Shown here in pieces: positions 63,346-64,000 of a stretch of 64,000 bases of DNA. Source of the stretch: an uncultured Actinomycetes bacterium (GTDB lineage Bacteria; Actinomycetota; Thermoleophilia; Gaiellales; JAICJC01); the NCBI GenBank assembly GCA_963744065.1, contig CAVUSN010000001.1, positions 217,659 through 281,658 on the forward strand. Reading direction: 5' to 3'. Under the pieces are notes generated by a model, which ran no database searches, was not told the origin of the DNA, and was given only the letters and a program-made list of their open reading frames with translations. Within the stretch, counting starts at the first letter, position 1; each line of letters opens with the position of its first letter. Made by a program: the position numbers and the translations under genes.

Positions 63346-64000
63346 GTGGGCCGGTCCCAACACCGGCTGCTGGGGGCGCTCGGGGGGGCGACGACGTTCC
63401 TGGCGGCGATGCTTGCTGCCGCACTGCCGAGTGCTGCAGCCAATCCTCTGCTGGACCAGAAGCAGCAGCAGTACAAGCAGGTCAGAGCCGAGGTCCGGGC
63501 GCTGGATGCAAAGGCTGAACTGCTGGCCGAGCAGTACGACCACGCGGTCTGGCGGCTGGGCGTGTTGCGTGGCCAGATCCACACCGCGGACATCCAGCTG
63601 CAGGCCGATCGGGTGGCCCTGCGCCGCCAGCAGGGTGTGCTGTCGAGGCTCTTGGTGACCGCGTACAAGGGCGGCGACCCGAAGGTGATCGAGATCGTGC
63701 TGGGTGCGTCATCGCTGTCTCAGATGACCACCGGTATCGAGCTCCAGCGGCGTTTCGACCAGGCGGTCGGAGACACGGTGGACGCGATCGCGGCCGCCCG
63801 TGACGCGATCAGCCATGAGCGCCTGTTGCTGGTCATGGATCGCACCCAGGTGCGTCACGAGAAGAGTGTGCTGACCCGCCGCAAAGCGCAGATCGCACGC
63901 CAGCTGGCGCGTCGCAGGTCGCTGGTGGCCGAACTCGGCGCGCAGGTCGTGCTGCTGCAGGCGGCCGAGAGGGCCGGCGAGGAGCAGCTTGCGCTGGCCG
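63346..64000 (+). CDS. secreted coiled-coil protein, N-terminal part (PcsB/RipA-like cell-wall hydrolase leader domain); runs off window
   Basis: The frame is open from GTG 63346 to the window end, so it is absent from the ORF track. Signal peptide VGRSQHRLLGALGGATTFLAAMLAAALPSAAA, then heptad-like NPLLDQKQQQYKQVRAEVRALDAKAELLAEQYD... No catalytic domain is visible within the window. Confidence 0.65.
   Translation, partial: MGRSQHRLLGALGGATTFLAAMLAAALPSAAANPLLDQKQQQYKQVRAEVRALDAKAELLAEQYDHAVWRLGVLRGQIHTADIQLQADRVALRRQQGVLSRLLVTAYKGGDPKVIEIVLGASSLSQMTTGIELQRRFDQAVGDTVDAIAAARDAISHERLLLVMDRTQVRHEKSVLTRRKAQIARQLARRRSLVAELGAQVVLLQAAERAGEEQLALA

Overview
This is a high-GC (roughly 70 percent), Actinomycetota-type chromosomal core region. 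It is very densely packed: about 65 protein genes, 2 tRNAs, and many 1-4 nt start/stop overlaps. Recognisable blocks in order: a partial acyl-CoA dehydrogenase; a decayed mntH plus DtxR-family regulator; futalosine-pathway mqnB-mqnD; NAD biosynthesis nadB-nadC-nadA; a SigH/SigR-type ECF sigma with a ZAS anti-sigma and its own GGAAT-N18-GTT promoter; assorted peptidases and hydrolases; YciI plus a second ECF sigma; nucS; fabI; an acyl-CoA synthetase; glycerate kinase; the pentose-phosphate operon tkt-tal-zwf-opcA; phoU divergent from pstSCAB with PHO-box repeats; a giant NAD-glutamate dehydrogenase; a YyaL-type thioredoxin protein; rpiA; a seven-gene minus-strand string ending in an orphan DNA methyltransferase; ferritin; a SIS/GntR pair; an ATP-dependent DNA ligase; a MetE-like protein; tRNA-Asp; a GH15 hydrolase; tRNA-Val; a ThiS/MoaD-like protein; formamidase; dCMP deaminase; and the start of a secreted coiled-coil protein. 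I found no CRISPR array, rRNA, transposase, integrase, phage module or recognisable defence island, and I do not see a convincing novel multi-gene system. Four things stand out. (i) Frameshifts are concentrated in patches within conserved housekeeping genes between 29.6 and 48.2 kb; these are most likely consensus indel errors, and otherwise would mean mass pseudogenisation. (ii) mntH and its regulator carry large internal deletions that look genuine. (iii) A 164-bp MITE-like inverted-repeat element flanked by TAA duplications sits exactly at the gntR stop codon. (iv) Several clean regulatory motifs are present: a SigR-type promoter, PHO boxes, a GntR-type operator and other palindromes. All family assignments come from reading the translations by eye; no database search was run.
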